This document shows, piece after piece, positions 37,024-46,933 of a stretch of DNA of 64,000 nt. Positions within the stretch are counted from its first letter, which is position 1; each line of letters starts with the position of its first letter. Source of the DNA: Spirochaetota bacterium (lineage in GTDB: Bacteria; Spirochaetota; UBA4802; UBA5550); NCBI GenBank assembly GCA_050298055.1, contig JBNKTL010000012.1, positions 1-64,000 of the forward strand, given 5' to 3'. The position numbers and the translations under genes were made by a program. The notes beneath the pieces were generated by a model. It was not told the DNA's origin and made no database searches. It was given only the letters and a program-made list of their open reading frames with translations.

Positions 37024-39459
37024 ATGGATTTTGATGATATAATGAGTGAAACCGGTGAACTCCCCGTTGACGCTGACCTTTTTGAGAGTGAACTCTTATC
37101 AATTGACCACACTTTGCCGGAAAGACTTTTTATAATACCCATAAGATACAGGCCGATATTTCCCGGCATCGTTACACCTCTTGTGATTTCACAGGGGAGG
37201 TTTACCGATGCCATTGACAAGGTGTTAAAAAACTCAAGGACAATTGGACTTGTGCTTATAAAGGACGATGAAAAGGATGAAGTCAATCCCGATGATCTCT
37301 TCAGGTTTGGTACGGCGGCGAAGATCCTTAAAAAAGTCAACCTCCCTGACGGAGGAGTCAATGTTCTGATCAACAGCATCAGGCGTTTTAAGATCGAGGA
37401 TGTATCTTATGACAAGAAGTACCTTGTAGCTGATATCGAATACCTCAGTGATGATTTCGAGAATAAAAAAAACATCGAGATCAAGGCCCTGATGAAAGAG
37501 GTCCTCGGGCAGCTTAAAAAGTTATCGGACAACAATCCTCTTTTTACCGAAGAGATGAAACTGACAATGCTCAATGTGGATGAACCGGGAAAGGTGGCCG
37601 ATTTTGTTACATCCATATTGAACGTGGAGAAGGATGAATACCAGGAGATCCTTGAAACTCTCAGTGTGAAGAAAAGGCTGTGGAAGGTCCTGAGACTCCT
37701 TCAGAAGGAAATCGAAGTGCTTGAAGTCCAGAAAAAGATCCAGGTGCAGATAAGTGATAAGATAGAAAAACAGCAGAAGGAGTTTTTCCTCAGGGAGCAG
37801 TTAAAGGTCATAAAGCAGGAGCTCGGGCTGGATGTTGACGAGAGGACCCGGGAGCTCCTTGAAATGAAAAAGAGTCTTGATAACCTGGATATAATCGATG
37901 AGGTGCGTGAAAAAATCGGTGATGAGATCCATAAGCTCGGTCTCATGGAAACCAGTTCTTCGGAATATTCGGTAACCAGGACATATATCGATACCGTCCT
38001 TTCACTGCCCTGGAACAAAAAAACCGAGGACAAGATAAATATTGATAAAGCGGAAAAGATCCTCAACAGGGACCATTATGGTCTTGAGGATGTTAAGGAG
38101 AGGATCCTTGAGTTTCTTGCCGTAAAGAAAATTAAACCCGACTCAAAGGGTTCAATCATCTGTCTGCTCGGCCCTCCGGGTGTGGGAAAAACTTCCCTGG
38201 GAAGATCAATCGCCCGGGCACTCAACAGGAAGTTTTTCAGGATTTCCCTGGGAGGCATGCGTGACGAAGCGGAGATAAAGGGGCACAGGAGGACCTATAT
38301 CGGCGCCATGCCCGGTAAGATTGTCCAGGGGATAAGGATCTGCAAGTCGAGCAACCCGGTTTTCATGCTGGATGAGATTGATAAACTCGGCCAGAGTTTT
38401 CAGGGAGATCCCGCCTCGGCTCTTCTTGAGGTCCTGGACCCCGAACAGAACTCAGATTTCAGGGACTATTACCTGGATGTTCCCCTTAACCTTTCAGATG
38501 TACTCTTTGTTACAACAGCGAATACACTGGACACCATACCCCCTGTTCTCATTGACCGTATGGAGGTCATCACTCTTCCCGGCTACATTGCCCTTGAGAA
38601 ATACCAGATCGCCAGAAAATATCTCCTGCCAAAACAGATCGGGATCCATGGCCTTAAAAAAGGGAGTATTAAGATCAACAGGGAAGAATTTATGTATATT
38701 ATCAACGGCTGGGCAAGGGAAGCCGGTGTAAGAAATCTTGAAAGACAGATTGAAAGGATATGCAGAAAATCAGCATCTGTTGTGGCAAAAGGCAAGAGGC
38801 TTCCCGCTGCGCCCCTGAGCAGGAAGAAGATAAGAGAATACCTGGGACTGGAGACTTTTACCGATGATGATCTTATCAAAATATCAAAGCCGGGTATTGC
38901 CGTGGGGCTTGCCTGGACCTCCCTGGGAGGGTCCGCACTGGTTGTCGAATCAATAGTGGTGTCCGCCAGAAAAGGGACGGGGGGATTGAAGTTAACGGGA
39001 CAGCTTGGGGATGTAATGTCCGAATCGGCGAATATCGCATACAGTTATATACAGAATCTTCTGAATGATGACAGCAGGGCCAGGGAGATATTCCAGAGCA
39101 ATGTTGTTCATATACATGTTCCGGCGGGGGCCACACCCAAGGATGGACCTTCCGCGGGTATTACAATTGCTTCCTCTGTCTATTCAGTGGTTACCGGGAA
39201 GAAACTCAAAAAAGGAATTGCCATGACCGGAGAATTGACCCTGACGGGAAGGGTGCTGCCTGTGGGGGGTATTAAGGAAAAGATCATTGCGGCAAAAAAA
39301 GCCAGTCTCAAATCGATTATACTTCCCCGGGACAACAGCAGAGATCTTGATGAGATACCTGAGAACATCAAAAAGGGATTGAAATTTCTCCTGGTTGATG
39401 ATATTGACCAGGTTATATCAGCAGCCTTTGGAAAAAATCCGGTTAAGAAAAGAAATTAA
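37024..39459 (+). CDS. lon: ATP-dependent protease La
   Basis: GPPGVGKTS Walker A, DEIDK Walker B, PKDGPSAG catalytic Ser, GGIKEK. Confidence 0.97.
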   Translation: MDFDDIMSETGELPVDADLFESELLSIDHTLPERLFIIPIRYRPIFPGIVTPLVISQGRFTDAIDKVLKNSRTIGLVLIKDDEKDEVNPDDLFRFGTAAKILKKVNLPDGGVNVLINSIRRFKIEDVSYDKKYLVADIEYLSDDFENKKNIEIKALMKEVLGQLKKLSDNNPLFTEEMKLTMLNVDEPGKVADFVTSILNVEKDEYQEILETLSVKKRLWKVLRLLQKEIEVLEVQKKIQVQISDKIEKQQKEFFLREQLKVIKQELGLDVDERTRELLEMKKSLDNLDIIDEVREKIGDEIHKLGLMETSSSEYSVTRTYIDTVLSLPWNKKTEDKINIDKAEKILNRDHYGLEDVKERILEFLAVKKIKPDSKGSIICLLGPPGVGKTSLGRSIARALNRKFFRISLGGMRDEAEIKGHRRTYIGAMPGKIVQGIRICKSSNPVFMLDEIDKLGQSFQGDPASALLEVLDPEQNSDFRDYYLDVPLNLSDVLFVTTANTLDTIPPVLIDRMEVITLPGYIALEKYQIARKYLLPKQIGIHGLKKGSIKINREEFMYIINGWAREAGVRNLERQIERICRKSASVVAKGKRLPAAPLSRKKIREYLGLETFTDDDLIKISKPGIAVGLAWTSLGGSALVVESIVVSARKGTGGLKLTGQLGDVMSESANIAYSYIQNLLNDDSRAREIFQSNVVHIHVPAGATPKDGPSAGITIASSVYSVVTGKKLKKGIAMTGELTLTGRVLPVGGIKEKIIAAKKASLKSIILPRDNSRDLDEIPENIKKGLKFLLVDDIDQVISAAFGKNPVKKRN

Positions 39460-39551
39460 TTATTGAATTAATCTGCAACTGGTTTATCATATGGTTAAAT
39501 TTTGGTAATTATGCAATCCTGTGTAAAACAGCCGGCTGTTTAGATTGGTAA

Positions 39552-40238
39552 ATGAGGAGTTTTAAGGTGGGAGTAAAAAATATCAAGGAAGACATCATAT
39601 ACAATATTGTTAATGAAGTCATGAAAAGCGATAAAGATATTAAGAACCTCAAACTTCAGAAAGATGATATTGTGGCATATATTCTCAACAGAATTCCCCC
39701 CAAATATATTACCAGTGAAAGGGGGGTCCTTCACGGAAAGCTGGAAGCCAGGTACATAATTCAGCAGAAAACAGACATCCTCCTCCTTCTCTATGAGGCC
39801 ATTGAGGTTTTCAATAAAAGAAGACCCACGGAGAAAGGTGACGATAATTTTGAAGTTGAAATTGAAAAGTGCCGTTTTCCCCATATATTCGGTGAAATCC
39901 TTGAAGAGACGACTTTCACTATTGTCTCCAATGCCGAGGTTTCACTTCTCTATAACGGCAAGCCCACCGAAATGATCAACCAGGGATGGAAGAACCCCTA
40001 TATAACCAACAAGGCCACAATGGGCTTTTATCACTTCTGGCCGGTATATGAAGAGGAGATGGGTAATCCCGGGAAAGTCCCGTTTCAACTGGCTTTTAAA
40101 CACCCGAAGTTTGAAGAAAAAAGGCTGGATATCAATGTTGATCTTCTTGATAAGGCCGATGTGGGAAAATCACACGTTGTTCCCATAATACTGCTGAAAC
40201 TGCACCAGGGGGTTGATCCCGACTTTCTCTATGACTAG
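39552..40238 (+). CDS. ComFB-family protein with C-terminal extension
   Basis: DIVAYILNRIPPKYITSERG motif. Confidence 0.75.
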   Translation: MRSFKVGVKNIKEDIIYNIVNEVMKSDKDIKNLKLQKDDIVAYILNRIPPKYITSERGVLHGKLEARYIIQQKTDILLLLYEAIEVFNKRRPTEKGDDNFEVEIEKCRFPHIFGEILEETTFTIVSNAEVSLLYNGKPTEMINQGWKNPYITNKATMGFYHFWPVYEEEMGNPGKVPFQLAFKHPKFEEKRLDINVDLLDKADVGKSHVVPIILLKLHQGVDPDFLYD

Positions 40239-40245
40239 CACTTGC

Positions 40246-42435
40246 TCAGTGCGAGGATTTGCTGAATATCCTTTCCAGGAAGTCAAGCATCCGTGCGGTT
40301 ACCCTCTCTGACTCATCACCCCGGACAATCCCATGCCTGTTAGAATAGATCCTGTGCATCTCCTTATCGGTTGTACCGAGCTTTTCAAATATTTCAAGGC
40401 CGCTTGCAGGGTTAACAACAGGATCATTTGAACCCTGTATGATTAAAGAGGGAATTTTTACTTTCTCCAGGTTCTCTTCAACCACTGACATGAGTTTCCC
40501 CAGTTCATTAACTCCGGATATGGGGTTCCGAAAATAGTTGATATGCGGATTCTCCGGTCTGTTGGTTACAAATTCAAATTTACCTGTTTCAATATTTATT
40601 TTTTTCAGAAGCTTGTTCCAGGCAACAACGGCTGAAGTTAACTTTGAGGTAATGTTCTGGAGATGGAGCGGCGCGTTGATAGAGATGACTCCCTTAAAAC
40701 GCTTCTCTTCGTGAGTTGACTGAAGCAGCGCAAGTCCCGCACCGGTTGAAAAACCGGCAATGGCAAAATCGTCAACACTGTTATCCATAATAATGTACGC
40801 CCTGTTCACGGAATGATACCAGTCAATCCATGTTCTCTTTGCCAGGTCTTCAGGTGAAGTTCCGTGTCCCCGGAGCCGCGCTCCATAGACATTGTAACCT
40901 TCCCGGTGAAGGTTCTCCGCTATTACCCTGATCTCTTCCGGTGCTGCCAGGTATCCGTGGACGAGAAGTATCCCTTTCTTCCGGGAAATCTTTTTCAGAA
41001 AAAACGGGGCGCCGATATTTTTCGGTTTTGACTCTTCCGGTAGACTGTACTTTTTATAGTCCTGGTTGAACATATCCATATCGAGTTTTATGAATCTCCG
41101 GCTTATCTTCTTCCTGTCATATGAAGGGAATGAGACCATGGTTTTCCTGAGTATTTTCATCACATCCCCCAGGGGTTCAATCTCATTTTTAATGACTTCA
41201 ACGATGTTATCCTGCCGGACTGAATGGAATTCATAAATTTTACGGAATTTTTTCCTGTTTTTATGGATCTCACGATTTTTTACGGTAATGAGTTTATCAG
41301 AAGTTGCCGCGTCGATAAAGCTGTCATAGATATTGTATTCATCATCCGTGAGAAGGTGAAACTGGTTCTTTTTCATGCTGCTGTGAAGATTAATTGATTG
41401 AAGCCTGCCGATCTTTTCAATTGCCAGAAATGCCTTGTTCTTGAAGGTGTTTTCCGGTATGACTTTCTTGGGGCTTGCCATAAGGATATAGGAAAATACA
41501 TGGTCGTGGTTTATTGTGGTCCTGTTATAGATTGAATCCATATAATTGTACATAAGCTCCACACTAACTTTTTTAAAGGGGATCTCCTCTCTTACCACCT
41601 CCTTTTCCAGGAAAAGCCTGCTGTCGTTAATTTTCTCATCAATTTTATTTGATTTTCTGAGGTAATCCTTTACTCTAATGGGTTTACCGAAGTTGATGTC
41701 GATATCAACACCTTCCAGGAGCATGGTCCCTTCTACCTGCAGTTCTTCCTCGTATCGGACAGGAATTTTCTTTAAAAATTTTCCTGCCAGTTTCTGGATC
41801 GCGTTATTCTTTGCCCGTATGGGGAAGTAGGTTACATTAACCGGAACGATAAAAGTGTCACTTTTTAGTATCTCATCCAGTTCCTTCTGCTTGAATCCGA
41901 AGAAATCCAGGTAGTTTTTAACCGCCTCCATGTTTCCCTCTTTATTAAACCGGGCCATTTTTTCCCGGTAGAACTGCGCGGAAAGCGCTATGCGGGCAGC
42001 ACCGGTATGCGGCGGTCTCCTGATCCCGGTATTGTAGACCATGTACTTCCCCTTTTCAATGAGCTTCTTGTCCTTGAGCATCTGCCCTTCCGGAAAGATA
42101 ATCACAGAGAGGTCCTCCTTTAAAAGTGCCGAAGTCAGGATCTTGTTCCGTTCCGGGTCACCGGTGGAGACTGCGCCCAGCTTCTCCATTATGTTGCCGA
42201 AGGTGCCGCCGAAGAAGGAATGGTGCGCAAGGGAGAGGACATACTTGTTCGTATGCTTATGAATGATATAGGGAAGAAAAATAGTCTCAATCCGGGTAAA
42301 GTGGTTAATTACATAGAGTACCGACTGGTCGGGAAGGTTTTCAATATTATGGACCCGTATATTTGCGCCGGATACATTAAAGAGCCTGTGAAGAAGTTTT
42401 GATGTGGCTTTTGTTATGATTTTTGATAGCGGCAT
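40246..42435 (-). CDS. PlsC-like acyltransferase fused to alpha/beta hydrolase
   Basis: NHFTRIE and IIFPEG acyltransferase blocks; LLVHG, GFSTG nucleophile, GSNDPVV and RHG triad motifs. Confidence 0.85.
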   Translation of the reverse strand: MPLSKIITKATSKLLHRLFNVSGANIRVHNIENLPDQSVLYVINHFTRIETIFLPYIIHKHTNKYVLSLAHHSFFGGTFGNIMEKLGAVSTGDPERNKILTSALLKEDLSVIIFPEGQMLKDKKLIEKGKYMVYNTGIRRPPHTGAARIALSAQFYREKMARFNKEGNMEAVKNYLDFFGFKQKELDEILKSDTFIVPVNVTYFPIRAKNNAIQKLAGKFLKKIPVRYEEELQVEGTMLLEGVDIDINFGKPIRVKDYLRKSNKIDEKINDSRLFLEKEVVREEIPFKKVSVELMYNYMDSIYNRTTINHDHVFSYILMASPKKVIPENTFKNKAFLAIEKIGRLQSINLHSSMKKNQFHLLTDDEYNIYDSFIDAATSDKLITVKNREIHKNRKKFRKIYEFHSVRQDNIVEVIKNEIEPLGDVMKILRKTMVSFPSYDRKKISRRFIKLDMDMFNQDYKKYSLPEESKPKNIGAPFFLKKISRKKGILLVHGYLAAPEEIRVIAENLHREGYNVYGARLRGHGTSPEDLAKRTWIDWYHSVNRAYIIMDNSVDDFAIAGFSTGAGLALLQSTHEEKRFKGVISINAPLHLQNITSKLTSAVVAWNKLLKKINIETGKFEFVTNRPENPHINYFRNPISGVNELGKLMSVVEENLEKVKIPSLIIQGSNDPVVNPASGLEIFEKLGTTDKEMHRIYSNRHGIVRGDESERVTARMLDFLERIFSKSSH

Positions 42436-42450
42436 GAAGTCTCTCCGGTG

Positions 42451-42858
42451 TCAGTATTTGTTATTAAAATAATCATTGAGAATGTCCCAGTGATCAAAAA
42501 CAATATTTTCGGGAAGATTTGTCCGGTTGAAGATCCCAGCGTTCTTTGCATCATCCGCTGCCACAGGCACTCCCTTTCCCTTTGCAATATAGACAGTTGT
42601 AATCGTATGTTTTCTCCTGTCCCGGGAAGGATCAGAATAGGTGTGAAACTGTCTCATCAGCTCCACATCAAGTCCCGTCTCCTCTTTTGCTTCTCTTATG
42701 GCGGCGTCCTCGAGACACTCACCATAGTCTACAAACCCTCCGGGAATTGCCCATCCGTAGGGAGGATTTTTTCTGCTGATAAGAACAATACCCGTGGTGT
42801 GGTTATTTTCCAGTTCAATAATAATGTCTACGGTTGGTACGGGGTTATTATAGTTCAT
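42451..42858 (-). CDS. NUDIX hydrolase
   Basis: [24 protein letters not shown]udix box. Confidence 0.93.
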   Translation of the reverse strand: MNYNNPVPTVDIIIELENNHTTGIVLISRKNPPYGWAIPGGFVDYGECLEDAAIREAKEETGLDVELMRQFHTYSDPSRDRRKHTITTVYIAKGKGVPVAADDAKNAGIFNRTNLPENIVFDHWDILNDYFNNKY

Positions 42859-43078
42859 TTCATCGAAAAAAATTGTTCTCTTAGATTACAGGGTACCTCT
42901 GAAAATTTAATTTTTCTTTAACACGCACCCTGACCGGGAAACAGCAAAAAAATTATTGAGAGAAGTACCCTGTTGTTATATGTATAATCCCGGCGAATGT
43001 TTCCGTCAATGAAAATTCATTTTAATTAAATAAATTATCTTGATAATACCTGCAAAAAGTGTATTATTAAAATAGCCG

Positions 43079-43603
43079 ATGCTTAATATGAATTCAGCGG
43101 TTAAACATATAAGAAGGAAGAAGGTCCAGGTAAAGAGGGGAGAGATCTCTCTGAGCAGCAGTGAGCTTTTCTATACGCATATCAGTACATGTGTCTGTGT
43201 CTGTCTCTATCATCCGGGAACAGGTTTCGGGGGGATGACCCACATTTCCCGGTGCAGGAGTGATGATACAACACCCAGCGGAAGGTTCCTGGTCAATCAC
43301 GGCTACTATTATGCCGATACCGCCGTTGAAGGGCTGCTTGAAGGATTCAGAAAAGAGTCTTCCCATATTAAAGAGGTGAGTATTGAGTCTTTTCTTATCG
43401 GGGGTATTAACAGCGAGGGGCCTATTACCGAAACTCTTGAGGTATTGAAATTATACAGGTTCAGGGAGAGAGGTGCTGACATAAACAGTAAGCTCCACAG
43501 GTATATTGAATTTGATACAGCGGCCGGTATCGTTACAATCAGAAGGAATGAACCCCTTTCCCAAAGACGGGAGAAACTGCTGCTTATTAGATTCGGCCCT
43601 TGA
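43079..43603 (+). CDS. cheD: CheD-like chemoreceptor glutamine deamidase (divergent)
   Basis: VKRGE, THISTCVCVCLY, GGMTH, YYADTAVE motifs. Confidence 0.65.
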   Translation: MLNMNSAVKHIRRKKVQVKRGEISLSSSELFYTHISTCVCVCLYHPGTGFGGMTHISRCRSDDTTPSGRFLVNHGYYYADTAVEGLLEGFRKESSHIKEVSIESFLIGGINSEGPITETLEVLKLYRFRERGADINSKLHRYIEFDTAAGIVTIRRNEPLSQRREKLLLIRFGP

Positions 43604-43614
43604 ACCGGGAATCT

Positions 43615-43854
43615 CTATGATTTGACGCTTCCGTTTTTCACTGTTACAATAATTTTAATGAAAAGGAGGACCCAGGGAATGGCGTGATATACGAGATCGA
43701 ACCAGTCAATGGGCTTTTTAAGGGTCCCTTTTATGAGCATATTGATTTTTTCAAAGAGGTGAGGGGGCGCATAGGGTGCCAGACCCAGGGTAAGACAAAA
43801 GAGTATCAAAATACTCCAATCCAGGTTCTTTATAAATATCAGAAATTGTTCCAT
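43615..43854 (-). CDS. Small membrane protein
   Basis: LTLGLAPYAPPHLFEK..LKKPIDWFDLVYHAIPW; two hydrophobic segments. Confidence 0.7.
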   Translation of the reverse strand: MEQFLIFIKNLDWSILILFCLTLGLAPYAPPHLFEKINMLIKGTLKKPIDWFDLVYHAIPWVLLFIKIIVTVKNGSVKS

Positions 43855-43943
43855 TTGTATATTCTCCCATAGAAAGAGTTCCGAGTTACAGGAACAATCC
43901 AATAGAGGCGGCTATGACTGTCAATGAGAAATATCAGAAAATA

Positions 43944-45116
43944 CTAAAAAACCATGCTCTGAAAAACCTGGAAACATCTCTTCTCAATATCTATGAGATT
44001 CTGGAAAGCATCTGTGAAATCGGTTTTGCCCACAGTAAACAGCCCGTGACCATAAACAATAACTCCCCTTCCTTTCATGGCGGGGGGAAGGGTCTTCTGG
44101 AGTCCCGTGGGTCCTGTCCCCACCTCGCCGGGTACTATGGGGACATCATCCACGGATCTCTTCTCCGGGCATCCCGTGTGGCATCTTCCCCTGCTATTAC
44201 ACCCGTCTTTATGGCAGATCATGGATATTACAACACTTAATTTCGGATGGCCGTGGAGAATTGCTTTCACATCTGTGAGCCCGTAAACACTCTTGTGGGC
44301 GGAGAACTCGCTTGACGCGGTAATCGCGTTGGATGTTGAATTGTCAAAGGGGCAGATATCGATAAAACCTTCAAGTTCATCCATTGAGCTTCCTGTCTGG
44401 CTGATAAAGATACTCTCATCTCTCCTGTATGAGATATTTCCGAAAAACGAATCAACCATCCCTGAGTCGATTACCCTTTTGCCCGCTTCAGCCATTGCTT
44501 TCATGATTTCATTCTCTTTCCTGAACGGGCCTTTTCTCAGGGGAGAGTCATATTCAATGGATCCGAGACGCTTTTCAGTGAATTTACACGCTGCTTCAAC
44601 GGCGCCGATATATTCACCGGGCAGCCGGGACGTCATTTTTTTATGGGAGGCGTAATCAGAAAGGACCTTAACAAAACATGAGAAACAGACCGAACTGTAT
44701 ACGATATAAGCCTGTTCGGGGCTCACAACCCCGAAGGTGACAATTCCCTGGTCACGGACAATAACGGCTTTCCTCCTTTTCAGGTGAGAGACCAGGAGCT
44801 CGCCGGTGAATTCTTCCGCCACGGGGATATCGTGAAGAAAGGTCCTTGTTTCGGTGTCCTGGGGATGAATTGAGCCGTCTTCTCCGGTGGAATATTTTGC
44901 CAGGCAGTTTATGAGAGTAAAATAGGGCTCAGCGGGTTTTGAAAAAAGGACACTGTTGATATTGAGCCCGTTCAGGACCTTTTCAAGTTCTGTACTTTTT
45001 TCACTTTCCCTGTTCCATTCAATTTCCGCGTCAAGGAAACCGAAGAGCGGTTCGCCCCGGCTGCAGATCCCCTGTTCCACAAGTTTATCCGTATATTTCT
45101 TTATGAGTATTTCCAT
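43944..45116 (-). CDS. Class II aldolase/adducin-family protein
   Basis: FFGNISYR, TASSEFSAHKSVY, AILHGHP, VYGHGLF. Confidence 0.85.
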   Translation of the reverse strand: MEILIKKYTDKLVEQGICSRGEPLFGFLDAEIEWNRESEKSTELEKVLNGLNINSVLFSKPAEPYFTLINCLAKYSTGEDGSIHPQDTETRTFLHDIPVAEEFTGELLVSHLKRRKAVIVRDQGIVTFGVVSPEQAYIVYSSVCFSCFVKVLSDYASHKKMTSRLPGEYIGAVEAACKFTEKRLGSIEYDSPLRKGPFRKENEIMKAMAEAGKRVIDSGMVDSFFGNISYRRDESIFISQTGSSMDELEGFIDICPFDNSTSNAITASSEFSAHKSVYGLTDVKAILHGHPKLSVVISMICHKDGCNSRGRCHTGCPEKRSVDDVPIVPGEVGTGPTGLQKTLPPAMKGRGVIVYGHGLFTVGKTDFTDAFQNLIDIEKRCFQVFQSMVF

Positions 45117-45123
45117 CTTCAGA

Positions 45124-46893
45124 CTATTCGTTCAGCTCAAGCTCCTTTATTTTCTCTTCCAGGGGCAGCCCCCTGGTGTCCAGCCCCCTTACCCTGTAGT
45201 ATTTGTTCCGTGCTTCCAGAAATCTGTTTCTGTCCAGGGGTTTTATCTCCATACCGTTTCCGCTGCTCCCTTCCTCCCTGAAAAATATTTCGGGGAGGTC
45301 ATCGTCATCAGCGGTAAATCCGTTCATTGAGTTCATAATTCTCTCATTGTAGAATATCCTCTCCCCGGCCTTCATGAGGTCCTGGGCCGTGGTCTTTATT
45401 CCGGTGACACCGCCGTAGGCCCGGGCGTATTCTTCCAGGGAAGCGGCAAAGAAGATGAACTTGCATGCTGTGAGTGAATCAACAACGGCATTGAGGTCCT
45501 CGTTGAGCTTGATGATCCGTGCCTTTCCGCTGAATGAGAACCTGTCCGTTGAAACGGGTTTTCTGAGTATTTCATGTGAAATAGGGTAGGCGCGAAGATG
45601 GCATCCCCCCCTGGTGGAGGTGGCATATCCCAGGGCCATTCCGTAAGCCCCCCGGGGATCGTATGCGGGAAGTTCCTGTCCTTTTACACTGATAGAGGCT
45701 TCCGGTTTTCCTTTCCGTTGGGCATATCTTGCGGACCCCATCTTCAGCCCGGTTCCTTCATCACGGGAATATCCTGTCTTAATGAGAAGATCTCTGATCA
45801 TACCCGGTGTAAGCTTAATTCCGTTTATCTGAGAAAAACATGAAAGTGTGGCAGCGGCAGATATTGTATCCATACCCAGGCTGTTGCATATTCCGTTTGC
45901 CTCAACAACTGTATCCATATCATCGTTCTCAAGAAGTGCGCTGAAATGAGACATTGTTTCAAACTCGGGGATAATTTCTCCCCGGGAGCCCGTCTTTTTA
46001 CACTGTATATGGCAGCCCGTGCAGCCTGTTTTCTTTGTGGTGAATCTTTTCCTGTAGCTGTATGCGTTCATGAAAGGGGCGTTTTTAAAGAGAGTTTTCC
46101 TGAAATTATCTGTGGGCATCATCCTCCGTGAATGCATCAGGTCATAGAGCGCCCCTGTCCCATATTCAGAGATCCCCAGTTCGCCCATTATCACAGGTGA
46201 AGCAGCCGCCAGTCTGAATATCTCCTCCCTGGCCATCCTGACTTCATCCCTGTTGAAGCATTCTGTTCTGCCTGTCCCCCGCACACTGATATATTTAATT
46301 CCCTTATCAACCATGAGAAGTCCCAGCCCGTTTCTTCCGGAGAAGAAATGGCCGTCAATGGAGATATTTGAGAAGAGCACGCCGTTTTCCGCTGCGGGCC
46401 CAACGGATACAATGGATCCCTGAGCCCGGAGTTTTGCGGTTAATTCATCCGTTGTAAGTCCCCTGAGCCCTTCCCCGTCAGTCAGTGTAATACTGCTGTT
46501 ATTAATCTCAATGCCGCACAGGCGGTCTCTTTTTCCCGTTATGATGATTCCGTCAAGGCCTGTTCTCTTGATCAGGGAAGCAAGTTTTCCCCCAACGGAG
46601 GTATCTCCGATAGTCCCGGTAAGGGGGGACCGTGACATTATGGTCATCCTGCCGGAAGTGGGTGAGGGTGTATCCACAAGGGGGCCGGTGAAGAGAAGAA
46701 GGGGCATCCCGGGGCTGTTCCAGTTTTCGGTAATATGGGGTTTCAGGTAATGTCCGGCGAGCCCCCTTCCCCCGATATATTTTTCCAGGACTTCAGGAGC
46801 GATATCTTCAATGACAGTTTCCGAAGTTGTGAGGTTAATCCTTAACAGCCTGCCGTTCCAGCCTTTTAGTTGGAATTGTGTTTTTTTTGACAT
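45124..46893 (-). CDS. Aldehyde:ferredoxin oxidoreductase family (W/Mo)
   Basis: YIGGRGL, SPLTG, GRNGLG, CTGCHIQC, GMDTIS, RGGCH, DSLTACKF; start ATG 46893. Confidence 0.93.
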   Translation of the reverse strand: MSKKTQFQLKGWNGRLLRINLTTSETVIEDIAPEVLEKYIGGRGLAGHYLKPHITENWNSPGMPLLLFTGPLVDTPSPTSGRMTIMSRSPLTGTIGDTSVGGKLASLIKRTGLDGIIITGKRDRLCGIEINNSSITLTDGEGLRGLTTDELTAKLRAQGSIVSVGPAAENGVLFSNISIDGHFFSGRNGLGLLMVDKGIKYISVRGTGRTECFNRDEVRMAREEIFRLAAASPVIMGELGISEYGTGALYDLMHSRRMMPTDNFRKTLFKNAPFMNAYSYRKRFTTKKTGCTGCHIQCKKTGSRGEIIPEFETMSHFSALLENDDMDTVVEANGICNSLGMDTISAAATLSCFSQINGIKLTPGMIRDLLIKTGYSRDEGTGLKMGSARYAQRKGKPEASISVKGQELPAYDPRGAYGMALGYATSTRGGCHLRAYPISHEILRKPVSTDRFSFSGKARIIKLNEDLNAVVDSLTACKFIFFAASLEEYARAYGGVTGIKTTAQDLMKAGERIFYNERIMNSMNGFTADDDDLPEIFFREEGSSGNGMEIKPLDRNRFLEARNKYYRVRGLDTRGLPLEEKIKELELNE

Positions 46894-46933
46894 AAATGGT
46901 TTCTCGTTATTTTCAAAGAAGGCTCTTATTTTT

